NCBI GenBank assembly: GCA_035627595.1
Contig: DASPLK010000002.1
Span: 224,481 to 288,480, forward strand
Length of the DNA stretch: 64,000 nucleotides
From: Minisyncoccota bacterium
GTDB taxonomy: Bacteria; Patescibacteriota; Minisyncoccia; Phycocordibacterales; Phycocordibacteraceae
Direction of reading: 5' to 3'
Both the position numbers and the translations under genes were made by a program. The notes under the pieces were generated by a model, which saw only the letters and a program-made list of their open reading frames with translations, was not told the origin of the DNA and ran no database searches. Below are positions 8,098 to 17,702 of the stretch, piece by piece; the stretch's first letter is position 1; every line of letters begins with the position of its first letter.

Positions 8098-10914
8098 CTA
8101 GGGACTAGGAGTAAAGGGGACGGCGCGGACTAAATCATTCGGATGAGGAATCGAAAGGCCCTGCGCTAGGAAGTAGTCCCCGTTGAGTAGACCGCTGTAT
8201 GGGGTCACTCTTCCTTCAGCATCTGCCACGATCGCTCCTATATTTGGCTGCTGAATGCCAAATACAGACTCTACCGTTGCGTCATACAGAACGCGCACGC
8301 CTGGATGCTCGAGCGCATACGCTTGAGCAAATTCATAACGCTCATTAGTGGTACCGCCATACGCTACGACATCGCCGCGCGAATCAATAAAGATAGCCGG
8401 TTGTCGAGGATCGATATCGACGCCATTAATATTCGTATACGGCTGCGTATAGTCGATAGGACCTTCTGCTGCTGGTGGTTGCGGTAGTGGCTGCTCTTGC
8501 TGGACGGGTCTTGGTGCTTCTGGCTGAGTTTCTGCTGCACTTGGCTCTGCTTGTGGTGCGAGAGGTTCAGGCGAAACTGGTTCCTGCGGAATATCGATCG
8601 GACCTGCTTCGAGTGCTGGGTCTGGAAGGACCTCTGGCTGTACTGGTACTTCCGGTGACGGCTCTGCGGCCGTGACCGAAGGAGCCTCAGTCGGCTGCTG
8701 CTGGATCTCAATAGGCGCGGCTTCTGGAAGTGGTGCAGGAGGAACTTCTGGCTGCACTGGTACTTCCGGTGACGGCTCTGCGGCCGTGACCGAAGGAACC
8801 TCAGTTGGCTGCTGCTGGATCTCAATAGGCGCGGCTTCCGCACTAGTTACTGCAGATGGCACTTCACTTGGAGCGCTCGCCTCCATCGGGAAGCTGTGAC
8901 TTGATGCCAGTGTTCCATCGCTTTCTACAAGCACTGAGCTTAACCCGGAGTTCGGCCGTTCTAGCACGATCTGATTCTCTGCGTTAAGCGTTATGGTGTC
9001 CCCTGGCTGCATAATTACACTTCGTCCATCCTCAAGCTGCAGACCGAGTCGTAGTGTCGCGTTATCCTCTCCTGCAAGCAGTGATGCGCCATCCTCTGTC
9101 CTAAGTAGCTCCAGGAAATTCTTAACAGCGATAGGCTGCTCTTGTCCGGCAAATGCTTCCTCGAGCTGCAAACCAAAATGGCCGACCAGTCGATCTGCGT
9201 TATTTATGTTGCCGGATACTGCGAGGGAGCGAGCTTCTGAAGGAATAGATTCCGCGGATGCTTCGGCCGCACCAGACGTCGCTTCTCCTGCGCCAAGAGA
9301 TGTAGTAGGTGTTTCTGGTTGCTGCGGAACGGTAGCTGTACCTTCCGGAGTTCTATCTGTGCCTGCAACACCGTCAGATGTCCTTGGCTCACCTGCTGGA
9401 CCTGATTCTGCCGCTCGTATTGCGTCGCCCGTCTGCTGCATTTCCGTAAGTGCAACCGCCGTACTGACACCCACACCGAGACCTACAAGCACCTTAAGGA
9501 TTGCCGTCTTTCGCTCGAGCGTCTCATCCATTCCGCGCTCGCGGAGCTGCAGACGCTTGCGCTCGATAGCCTGCAGGACCTCAAGCGTCAATTCCTTATT
9601 CTTGGACATGCGCCGTATCTCCTCTTGTAGCGACTTCTCATCCACGACAGCATCTTTCTGTGCCCTTTCACCGCGCAGCTTCTTATAGAGGAATCCCGCC
9701 GTCTCTGCCGCGGCAAGACCTGCCACAGTAGAGCCAAGCGATCGAAATACGCTAAGTGTGCCGAATCCAGCTGCAGCGACTATACCTGCGGTACCAAACG
9801 AACCGATGAAGGCCGCTCCGCCGGACATCAGAATAGCGCTACTTATCACGCGCGCTGCCTTGCCATACTTCTGACCAAACCTTTCGATAAAGAAATTATC
9901 AAGGCGCTCATTCGCTCTATTCATCCACTGGATGCCCTTCTCTAGGGCGTCCGGCGCCTTCTCTCCAAGTGCCTCGGCGCGCATTGAAATATCGCGATCG
10001 GTGCTTGGCGCAATGATGTCCTTATACAGATGCAGTCCTTCGTACTTGCTGAGCGCGCGCTCTATCCATTCAGGGCTCTTGCCCAGCGCTTCCCAGCGCT
10101 CTCGTGCTGCGCTCTCAAGCGCTGCCTTTGCCTCAAGACGCTTCTGGTCGCGCTCCATGCGTGTGTCGTTTATCTCCATTGAAGCTGCTCCAAGAGGACG
10201 TAGCCTCTTTATGACACGTCCAACAATATTATTGTTCGTATAGAATCGCTTGTACGCGTCTGCATACTTCTGATCTGCCTCAAGCAGTGCTGCATACTGT
10301 TCCTTTGCAGCAACACGCGACTCCAGCGCAAGTGACTCCTTGAACTCCTGGTAGTTTTGCGGACCCTCCTTCGTTGGGTCGACAATATGATTCTCAATTG
10401 CAAATTTCCCTACCGTGGATGCCAGTTCGCTCTTCCATAAACGCTTCATTTCTGCAGGCTTTAGCATCTGTTCTGCGAGCGCCTTCTTCAACGTGTCTGT
10501 ATCTGCCTTCTCTACAACGGCACTTGCGTATGCAAACCGGCCGTCATCTATGGATGCGGTCCCTGCTGTGTTCACGTGCGCTGACTCAACCGGCACGCCA
10601 TCGCCAAGCCCTCCCGTGCGTGCTGCGGCTTCAGGGGCCGGCTCCATTGGAGGCTCCTCTCCGTCAAGCACGAGAGGACGGTAGTTGGACTCATCTTTGC
10701 GACTATTCTTAAGTGCCTCGCCCAGACGGCCTACAACTGCCTTTACATCCTTCTTTAGGTCAGGGCCTACACCAGACATCGCCTCGATAGGAGATCTTCC
10801 ATCAGCGCCCCATGTGGCGGGATCGGCTTCGCTCCTTTGCGTAGGAGTCGCCTGCTTTTTGTCGTCGTCCTGTGGCGGTACGGTGACGGGATCCGGAGGT
10901 ATCTTCTCGGACAT
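8098..10914 (-). CDS. Large (938 aa) membrane-anchored protein with coiled-coil region, Pro/Glu-rich tandem repeats and a C-terminal globular domain; T4SS-associated by position
   Basis: Hydrophobic hairpin AILMSGGAAFIGSFGTAGIVAAAGFGTLSVF...AGLAAAETAGFLY. Long coiled-coil. Two 38-aa repeats EAAPIEIQQQPTEVPSVTAAEPSPEVPVQPEVPPAPLP. Immediately downstream of the VirB4-like ATPase gene. Confidence 0.6.
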   Translation of the reverse strand: MSEKIPPDPVTVPPQDDDKKQATPTQRSEADPATWGADGRSPIEAMSGVGPDLKKDVKAVVGRLGEALKNSRKDESNYRPLVLDGEEPPMEPAPEAAARTGGLGDGVPVESAHVNTAGTASIDDGRFAYASAVVEKADTDTLKKALAEQMLKPAEMKRLWKSELASTVGKFAIENHIVDPTKEGPQNYQEFKESLALESRVAAKEQYAALLEADQKYADAYKRFYTNNNIVGRVIKRLRPLGAASMEINDTRMERDQKRLEAKAALESAARERWEALGKSPEWIERALSKYEGLHLYKDIIAPSTDRDISMRAEALGEKAPDALEKGIQWMNRANERLDNFFIERFGQKYGKAARVISSAILMSGGAAFIGSFGTAGIVAAAGFGTLSVFRSLGSTVAGLAAAETAGFLYKKLRGERAQKDAVVDEKSLQEEIRRMSKNKELTLEVLQAIERKRLQLRERGMDETLERKTAILKVLVGLGVGVSTAVALTEMQQTGDAIRAAESGPAGEPRTSDGVAGTDRTPEGTATVPQQPETPTTSLGAGEATSGAAEASAESIPSEARSLAVSGNINNADRLVGHFGLQLEEAFAGQEQPIAVKNFLELLRTEDGASLLAGEDNATLRLGLQLEDGRSVIMQPGDTITLNAENQIVLERPNSGLSSVLVESDGTLASSHSFPMEASAPSEVPSAVTSAEAAPIEIQQQPTEVPSVTAAEPSPEVPVQPEVPPAPLPEAAPIEIQQQPTEAPSVTAAEPSPEVPVQPEVLPDPALEAGPIDIPQEPVSPEPLAPQAEPSAAETQPEAPRPVQQEQPLPQPPAAEGPIDYTQPYTNINGVDIDPRQPAIFIDSRGDVVAYGGTTNERYEFAQAYALEHPGVRVLYDATVESVFGIQQPNIGAIVADAEGRVTPYSGLLNGDYFLAQGLSIPHPNDLVRAVPFTPSP
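8600..8850. repeat. In-frame tandem repeat, 114-bp period, 2 copies about 90% identical (inside the 938-aa gene)
   Basis: ctggtacttccggtgacggctctgcggccgtgaccgaagga[g/a]cctcagt[c/t]ggctgctgctggatctcaataggcgcggcttc occurs at about 8641 and about 8755. The antisense track ORFs here are repeat artefacts. Confidence 0.7.
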
Positions 10915-11002
10915 ACTGCGCTGGTATAGATATTTGCTAATAGAACGTACTAAAACTTTAGCATGTAGTCAGCACTTACCGCCTTGTCCACTGGGAACAA
11001 GA

Positions 11003-13759
11003 CTAGGAGAGGTACCGCTGCCGAATGGTTCCTTCGACCGTCGCGCGATCCCTGCCGTATGTCAGGTACGACAATTCGCGTAGATCATCTACCTGCTCCA
11101 TATTTCCCTTGTCGAGCTGAATGGTCTTTATGTTAAACGGCTTTTGTGGCACGCCGTTCGCAAGTATGCGTACATACGCATTCCGATTCTCAATATTCAC
11201 AAAATCAAGAGGCTGGAAGGTCGGCGCAAACTGCTTAGCAAAGTACTCCCCATCTTCCTCCCCTACGCGGAATACTGCCATGTTGCCGACGTTGCCGAAC
11301 ACCGCGTCACGAATTTTCTCGTCGACCTGTGCCAGGAACTGGTGTGCAAGGGTAAGTGAGAGCTTGTACTTGCGGGCTTCGGACAAGATGCCCGGAATTG
11401 AGTCCGTGGTGATGTTCTGGAACTCATCGATATAGAGATAGAACGGCGGGAACTGCGTGCCCGGGGAGTCCGCTCTTGATAGCGCAGCCATGAACAACTT
11501 TCCAACCAAGATAAGACCAAGCAGGTTAGCGTTACGCTCACCCAAGCGTCCCTTAGATAGGTTTACGAGAAGGATCTTCTTATTATCGATGACCTCGCGG
11601 AAGTTGAACGAAGAGACCTGCTGTCCGATAATCGGGCGCATAAAGTCATTTGCCGTAAACTCATCGAATTTGTTCGTGATGTACGGCACGATGTTCTGAA
11701 GCGATGCTTCACCCTCGGCCTTGGTAGCGATCTCCATCCAGAATTGGTTCACGACCGGATTGGAGCTTCGTGCAAGCTTGTAATTCCTATACTCGGCGTT
11801 ACTCAGCACACGGCTAATGTCCATAAGCGTAGAGCCCGAGGCGGGGTCCTCCATGACGAGCGTGGTTGCATTTCTGAAGTACTGGATGAAGGCAGGGCCC
11901 ATTGATTCAGGAACATCGCCATACAGCGTCTGAAAGATTGCAAGCATCTCATTGACGATGAATGTCTTTTGCTCGGGCCGCTGCGGATCGTATTCGAGCA
12001 TATTGAGGCCGAATGGCCTGTCGAGGTAGGCCGGATCGAAGTAAATGACGTCTTCATAGCGCTCTGGCGGCACGCTTGCCAGAACTTCAATGATGTCATT
12101 GCCGTGCGGATCGATGAAGCACACGCCATTGCCCGCCTTGATGTCCTGTTCGATGAGAGTTCGAAGGAATCCGGTCTTTCCTGTTCCCGTTTGACCAATA
12201 ACGTAGAGGTGGCGGAGGCGATCCTCCCCGTCGATTTTCACTTCGCTTGTTTGTCCGCGGAAGGTATTGGTGCCGATCAGAATGCCCTGCTTAGGCAGAT
12301 CGACAGGCGCCGCTGCCTGCGTAAAGCGGGCTTGCTTTAGATGCGGAGACGACTGGATGCCCTTAGGTGGGAAGTGGAATATTGTCGTGAGCTCGCGTAG
12401 CGATAGCGGCATCGTGTGGTTGCGGGAAAAAAGACGGAACGAAAAATCGCGGAAGAAGCCGCGCGCCCTTGCCGCTTCATACCGCTTCCAGACCATCTGA
12501 TTGCCGTGCGCACTCTCAAACTGATTGAATGAGGATTCAAGCTCGTGAAGTATTGCATGCGCACGACTAGGATCAGGAGATGATGTTGCAAGACGTATTG
12601 TGGTTGCAACGATCGGGGTTGCTGTCTTCTTCTCAACAAGCAGTATCTCGTCTTTGTTCTCCTCGTTGCGCTTTCGTCGCTCGCGTTCCTCATCTTTCCT
12701 CTGCGCAGAACTACCAAAAAAGGTACTGGCAACCTGTCGAGCAGCTTCACCCGCAAATCCTTCTGGCATGGAAAGCGCGCGCGAGCGATGCTCGCCGCTT
12801 CGAAGCGCATCAAGTACTTTCCGATAGTGCTTCACGTACCGGTCCCTCTGTGGCTGGATGATTATCTGGAGTGCAGCGCCTTCGCCTTCTTCCTGTATTT
12901 TTGCAAATGCGTTTAGTATCGAATTGATCGGATCGTAGTCGAAATCGGTATAGTCCTTTAGAGAAAGCATCGGGTAGTGATGCAGCTCTGCAGCTGAACC
13001 GATTGTCGTACCGCCATCAGCGAAAATGTTGTAATCGTTTGGCTGGCGGGTCAGGTGGGCGTCCGGGAATATGGCAAGAAGCTGCTTTTCGAACAAATCG
13101 CGACGGCCATTGGGGACTGCGGCGAAGAATAGGAGGTGCGGCCTATCAGCAGGCACTGCAAGCTCGAGTGAGAAATACGGTGGCTCTCCAGCGTATGCGT
13201 CCTCTACGGCAAGCATACCTGCGTAAAACTGCTCCATTGAGGAGATCAGTTCCCTTAGCGGCTTTTTAGACCCTCCCTTATCCTCATCACTGAAATCGGG
13301 AAGCGCGATCTCATAGAGCGTCATGTGAAGCGCCTTCCAAGCTGGCTGGTCCTCGCCAAATCCAGGAACCTCCATACGCTGCAATACGTACTGAACAAGG
13401 AATCTATGGAAGTCGTCCTCTAGGTGTGGGCTATTGAGCTTTTCAAGTACCAGGAGCGCGTTCTTGATTCCCTTTTCCTCCATGATGTTCCGGAGCTCTA
13501 GCATGGTCTCGTCGTCGTCGTCCGGATCAAGTTCAAGCGCTAGCGCGTGTGCTTCTTGGGGCTTGAGTGCATAGCCGGGCGCGAGCACCTCGTGCGGCTG
13601 CTCTTTGTGATGAATGATGCGCTCATGCACCACATGCGCACGAGGCACCTCCTGCGTATGAGACGCGAGCTCCCGCTCCTTCGCCTCTACTTGCGCGCGC
13701 AGATGCTCGAGCTCTTCTTCCGGTGTACGGAATTGTTCAACGTATCCTTCAGCCGTCAT
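11003..13759 (-). CDS. Type IV secretion system ATPase, VirB4/TraC/TrbE-family-like (AAA_10/DUF87-type P-loop)
   Basis: Walker A YVIGQTGTGKTGFL, Walker B FYLYIDEF, then ARKYKLSLTLAHQFLAQ (the RK...Q motif typical of conjugative ATPases). Long N-terminal domain of about 480 aa before the P-loop. Start taken at MTAEGYV (AGGT 3 nt upstream) rather than the track start. Confidence 0.7.
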   Translation of the reverse strand: MTAEGYVEQFRTPEEELEHLRAQVEAKERELASHTQEVPRAHVVHERIIHHKEQPHEVLAPGYALKPQEAHALALELDPDDDDETMLELRNIMEEKGIKNALLVLEKLNSPHLEDDFHRFLVQYVLQRMEVPGFGEDQPAWKALHMTLYEIALPDFSDEDKGGSKKPLRELISSMEQFYAGMLAVEDAYAGEPPYFSLELAVPADRPHLLFFAAVPNGRRDLFEKQLLAIFPDAHLTRQPNDYNIFADGGTTIGSAAELHHYPMLSLKDYTDFDYDPINSILNAFAKIQEEGEGAALQIIIQPQRDRYVKHYRKVLDALRSGEHRSRALSMPEGFAGEAARQVASTFFGSSAQRKDEERERRKRNEENKDEILLVEKKTATPIVATTIRLATSSPDPSRAHAILHELESSFNQFESAHGNQMVWKRYEAARARGFFRDFSFRLFSRNHTMPLSLRELTTIFHFPPKGIQSSPHLKQARFTQAAAPVDLPKQGILIGTNTFRGQTSEVKIDGEDRLRHLYVIGQTGTGKTGFLRTLIEQDIKAGNGVCFIDPHGNDIIEVLASVPPERYEDVIYFDPAYLDRPFGLNMLEYDPQRPEQKTFIVNEMLAIFQTLYGDVPESMGPAFIQYFRNATTLVMEDPASGSTLMDISRVLSNAEYRNYKLARSSNPVVNQFWMEIATKAEGEASLQNIVPYITNKFDEFTANDFMRPIIGQQVSSFNFREVIDNKKILLVNLSKGRLGERNANLLGLILVGKLFMAALSRADSPGTQFPPFYLYIDEFQNITTDSIPGILSEARKYKLSLTLAHQFLAQVDEKIRDAVFGNVGNMAVFRVGEEDGEYFAKQFAPTFQPLDFVNIENRNAYVRILANGVPQKPFNIKTIQLDKGNMEQVDDLRELSYLTYGRDRATVEGTIRQRYLS

Positions 13760-13868
13760 TACCTGCAGTATACGATACGTGAAAGATGTAATGCGAAGTA
13801 TCCAGGCATATAGACAGTGTTTGCATCGCATGTAAGGATGCCGCTACGACACCAAATGGAGGAAGTCA

Positions 13869-14140
13869 TGTCCTTTCTTGCATCCCGCGCTATGTGCGTT
13901 GCCTTTGCGCTGCTGGGCGCCCTGTTATGGGTCTTCGGTGCCCTGCGCTTCCTGTGCTGGTTTATGTTCAGGCAGTGGCACATCCCGAAGGACAAACTCG
14001 CAGCGACACTTGAGCTCGACAGCACGATACTCGCGGTTTTGCCTTGGCAACTCCGCAACTGGTACTCAGGACGGCAGTTTTCCCGTCGCAGACAGACGGA
14101 GCGTCGTGAGTTCATGGACACCACGGCGTATATGCCGTGA
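13869..14140 (+). CDS. Small membrane protein (90 aa), hypothetical
   Basis: RBS GGAGGA before ATG 13869. Two hydrophobic helices (AFALLGALLWVFGALRFLCWFMF). CTG-rich codon usage and about 60% GC. Strong hairpin terminator follows. Confidence 0.45.
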
Positions 14141-14146
14141 CAGCAC

Positions 14147-14174
14147 AAGGGCGGCACCACATGGTGCCGCCCTT
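14147..14174. terminator. Hairpin aagggcggcacc-acat-ggtgccgccctt between convergent genes
   Basis: 12-bp perfect stem seen directly. No clear U-tract on either strand. Confidence 0.45.
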
Positions 14175-14196
14175 GAAACATGTATGTCTGTTGCGT

Positions 14197-14532
14197 CTAC
14201 CGCCTCCTTAACCCAGCCCCAAAGAGAGCGCTGATAAGTGCGAGAAGTATCGCAAAGATGAGCGCCCACCAGAAATTGTCTACAGAGAACCCAGGGACCA
14301 CCATCGCTGCCAGCATGATGAGAAGCGCGTTCACGACAAGCGAGAACAGTCCGAGCGTCACAATGTTGAGCGGAAGGGTAAGTAGGTTAATGATCGGCTT
14401 GATGAACATGTTGATAAGTGCGAGCACGACTGCCAAGAGAAGCGCACCGATCGGGTTGACGTCGACGCCCGGCAAGAGCATTGCCGCAAGCCCAATAGCT
14501 AGCGCCGTGATAAGCCACTGGATGATGGTCAT
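14197..14532 (-). CDS. DUF360 / phage-holin-4_2 (YvlD-like) family 4-TM membrane protein
   Basis: Four hydrophobic helices. MTIIQWLITALAIGLAAMLLPGV...NPIGALLLAVVLALINMFIKPI matches the YvlD/DUF360 pattern. Confidence 0.6.
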   Translation of the reverse strand: MTIIQWLITALAIGLAAMLLPGVDVNPIGALLLAVVLALINMFIKPIINLLTLPLNIVTLGLFSLVVNALLIMLAAMVVPGFSVDNFWWALIFAILLALISALFGAGLRRR

Positions 14533-14599
14533 AGTCAGAGTGTTCAGAATTTATTCGTAACGATACCCGCAAGTATACGGGGCGGTCCTGTAGTTTTGA

Positions 14600-15259
14600 T
14601 TAACGAGCGAACCGAAACGAATCGACAATCGTATCAAGGCGCTCGAATTCTGCAGCAAGGGCTTCATCAGAGATATCGGCCGAGGTGGGATTCTCACGGT
14701 ATGAAGAACCGGTCCGGACTGCTTCTATGGCCCAGCATGCCTCTTCGTGTACAACTCGATAGCTCTCTGCTGCCACGTACTGCATCATTGCTGCGTCACC
14801 ATATATAAACGCGGCCCAAGGTTCGCCTCCGATACTACGATCTTCTACCTTCATTTCCCCATTTCGCGCTTCTGCGCAGGATCGCAGGTCTTCCGGCTCC
14901 TCGCTCTTTCCAATCCGCAGCAGCACCGTGTAATCGCGTGGATAACTCGTCTCATTCTCAAGACGATACGTCGTAATAGACAATAGCGACGTGCCTTGTG
15001 TGGTCGCGCTAACGCTCCAGGCATTGGGGAGTCTCTGCGTATCAAATGTCTCGGACACCTCGGCGCCTTCCGGGTATGCGAGCAAGAATCCCTGCTCTCC
15101 GCTTGTGTATATTGCGAGACCTTCGGAGAGCTCGATGGCTGGACTTTGCGCCGCTTCAGGCACGACGTTTGCTTGATTCCTAAATCCAAACCACCACGCA
15201 ATCCCTGCCATGGCGATTACACCAAGACCGATAACTGCATAGGGCGCGCTCTGTCTCAT
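14600..15259 (-). CDS. Hypothetical membrane-anchored/secreted protein
   Basis: N-terminal TM anchor (VIGLGVIAMAGIAWWFGF). No recognised domain. Confidence 0.5.
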   Translation of the reverse strand: MRQSAPYAVIGLGVIAMAGIAWWFGFRNQANVVPEAAQSPAIELSEGLAIYTSGEQGFLLAYPEGAEVSETFDTQRLPNAWSVSATTQGTSLLSITTYRLENETSYPRDYTVLLRIGKSEEPEDLRSCAEARNGEMKVEDRSIGGEPWAAFIYGDAAMMQYVAAESYRVVHEEACWAIEAVRTGSSYRENPTSADISDEALAAEFERLDTIVDSFRFAR

Positions 15260-15273
15260 ATAAAAAGTATACG

Positions 15274-15972
15274 CTATCGAGCCTCACCGTACGCAATGAC
15301 GAACGTTGCACTACCACGTGCTTCATCACCCCACAAAAGAAGCACGGCGCCGTCTGGAATGTACTCAAGCATGCCCGGCACCATGGTTATTTCTCTCTGG
15401 TCATCGTCTGTACGCACGGTAAAGCGTACGCGCGGTATACCTTCTCGATAGCATCCAAGCAACACTTCGCACGCGCCTCCGCTATACACTTCATGTACAT
15501 ACGCTTGCACCTCATTTGCGGCAAATTCCTGCCCGACTTCTACAGTGCCAATCGCAAAGTCACCATCGTAGTCTGGGACAATTTCTAGAGACTCAACCAA
15601 GATGCGTTGTGCATCTAGAACTCCTGAGACTCGTACGTGCGAGCCTATCGGAACAGGTAGCGTGTTTTCTCCTGATGGGTATACGCATGGAAGATCGCCC
15701 GCCGAAGGGGCGCACCCGCGCTCCTCCGTAAAGCGGAGCTCCTTTCTCACAAAGCGGTGCCCCTGGGTCTCGTACAAGAGGTAGTAAATTGGCGTGGTGT
15801 TCGATTGATAGCGCACCACAATACCCTCGCCCATAAAGCGCTCTCGCCCAGGCTCAACTATGTCGGGCAACTCGTCCGCACGGACCTTATCGGCCTGTGT
15901 GAATGGATCTTTCTGCATCCAGGTAACAACGCCTGAGACAAGAAATATAAACACCAGTAGCTTCTTCCACAT
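15274..15972 (-). CDS. Hypothetical membrane-anchored/secreted protein
   Basis: N-terminal signal/anchor (LLVFIFLVSGVVTWM). No recognised domain. 14-nt gap to the downstream gene. Confidence 0.5.
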   Translation of the reverse strand: MWKKLLVFIFLVSGVVTWMQKDPFTQADKVRADELPDIVEPGRERFMGEGIVVRYQSNTTPIYYLLYETQGHRFVRKELRFTEERGCAPSAGDLPCVYPSGENTLPVPIGSHVRVSGVLDAQRILVESLEIVPDYDGDFAIGTVEVGQEFAANEVQAYVHEVYSGGACEVLLGCYREGIPRVRFTVRTDDDQREITMVPGMLEYIPDGAVLLLWGDEARGSATFVIAYGEAR

Positions 15973-16007
15973 TCTCTATCTATATATGAAGCGAGGTGAA
16001 TGCACGC

Positions 16008-17663
16008 TTAAGCGTAGGTGAGCCGCAGGATGCGCAAGTCGTCGTACGAGTATTTTTTCTTCAGACCCGCATGTGCAGGAGCGAGTTTCTCTGCCCCAAC
16101 CTTCGAGAAAGTCTCGTGCACAATATCCTCGTGCTTCTTGAGGCGCTCTGGTATGAGCGCTGCTATGTCTCCTCTAGAAAGCGTTCCTTCTGCCTTTAGT
16201 TTCTCCACATGGTCACAGATAGTGCCAACGGTAAGCACACGTAGCTTGGCGATCTCGGGTATGTTGTGTCCTGCGCGCACCAGCTCAAGCGTCTCCTCCT
16301 GTGTCGAGATTTTCTTTTTAGGAGCGCCGATTGGCTCGACGCTGCCGCCTGCTGCTTGTATGAAATTGCGCTCCATAGCCTCTCGTTCGCCGTTGTCCTC
16401 AAGGATGGTGAATGCTCCGCGGGCAGCCTCCGAAAGCTCTCGGAATGACTTATCCATCCTCCCTACATCCGGATGTACAGAAAAAGCATGCTCGGACCAT
16501 CCAAGAAGATGAAGTCCCGAAAGGGACCGTACGCGTGATAGCGCGACGTATCCCTGCCCATGCTCAAACACGCGCGACAAATCCATTGCCGCCTGGTCCA
16601 TGCTCATACCCTGGCTCTTATGCACCGTAATAGCCCACGCAAGACGCAACGGCACCTGCGTTACCTTTGCGCGCACCTTGCCATCTTCTTCAACCGCCCA
16701 ATCAGCCGGGGCGATTGTAAGAGAGCGACCATCAGCGGTCTCGATGATAGGGTTGCCGGTCGCATGCTCAAATCCCTCCACCTTCCCGAGCGTGCCGTTT
16801 GCATACCCCGCCGCCTGATTATTCTTCGTACACATGACGAGCGCGCCAGGCCTGAGCATGAGACGCTCTGGTGAAAGACAGCCTCGCTTCAAAGATTCGA
16901 TTAGGGTTGGGGCGCCGCTCGACTCCATCTCGTACACCTTGGACGCTCCTTTCAGCTTCTGTAGCTGCTCCTCGTTGATACGGTCTACATCCTCGTTATG
17001 TGTATATAGGCGCGGCACTTCGTCCTCGAGGTCCGATCCCTCTGTCTCGCGCGCGGTTATCTCCGATACATGCGTATGGTCCCACGTGCCCTCGCGGATG
17101 GCGGTAAGGACGTCGAGGAATGTATCGTCCTCCTGACGGTGTTGTTCGAGGAGATAACATACGAGCGGATTGAGTGCGCGCCATGCATCCGACTCAAACG
17201 CAAAAGATATAGAGGCGCCTCTGCGCCCGATGGGCGGGAGCTGGAAGAAATCACCGACAAGTACCACTTGCAGACCACCAAATGCGAGCTCGCTACCGCG
17301 CACTTCCCGACAAACGCGATCGACCATAGAAAGCACATCGCCTGAGAGCATGGAAATCTCGTCGATGATAAGCACGCGTGCCTTCTGTATGCGCTTCACC
17401 GTATGCTCCTTGCTCTGGATGCGATCGAGAAGCTCTGGAGTGAGTCGGTCGCTTATCCCGATGCCGCTCCACGAATGAATTGTAAGACCGTGGATATGGG
17501 TCGCCGCGATACCGGTCGATGCCGTTATGGAGGGCTCGATGCCATGCTCCCTTAACCACGTAACATATGCATTTACCGTATGTGTCTTTCCCGCACCGGG
17601 ACTACCGGTTAGAAATACGTTCGCACCGGTTTTAAGGATCTGCAAAGCCTCACCCTGGGTCAT
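16008..17663 (-). CDS. PIF1/RecD-family (AAA_30) ATP-dependent DNA helicase
   Basis: Walker A VFLTGSPGAGKTH. Walker B VLIIDEISML. UvrD_C-like region LAWAITVHKSQGMSMD. C-terminal HTH-like tail. Confidence 0.75.
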   Translation of the reverse strand: MTQGEALQILKTGANVFLTGSPGAGKTHTVNAYVTWLREHGIEPSITASTGIAATHIHGLTIHSWSGIGISDRLTPELLDRIQSKEHTVKRIQKARVLIIDEISMLSGDVLSMVDRVCREVRGSELAFGGLQVVLVGDFFQLPPIGRRGASISFAFESDAWRALNPLVCYLLEQHRQEDDTFLDVLTAIREGTWDHTHVSEITARETEGSDLEDEVPRLYTHNEDVDRINEEQLQKLKGASKVYEMESSGAPTLIESLKRGCLSPERLMLRPGALVMCTKNNQAAGYANGTLGKVEGFEHATGNPIIETADGRSLTIAPADWAVEEDGKVRAKVTQVPLRLAWAITVHKSQGMSMDQAAMDLSRVFEHGQGYVALSRVRSLSGLHLLGWSEHAFSVHPDVGRMDKSFRELSEAARGAFTILEDNGEREAMERNFIQAAGGSVEPIGAPKKKISTQEETLELVRAGHNIPEIAKLRVLTVGTICDHVEKLKAEGTLSRGDIAALIPERLKKHEDIVHETFSKVGAEKLAPAHAGLKKKYSYDDLRILRLTYA

Positions 17664-17702
17664 AGATACCCTAGTGTATCAGGGCTGCTCAATGGGCGCT
17701 TC

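Noticed and set aside
8600-8850. Possible CRISPR array
   Set aside because: There are only two long (114-bp) near-identical units with no unique spacers. They lie in-frame inside a CDS and there are no cas genes.
8364-8899. Track ORFs (159 aa minus, 75 aa plus) over the 114-bp repeats
   Set aside because: They are alternative frames of the Pro/Glu-rich repeat region of the 938-aa gene. They are low-complexity repeat artefacts.
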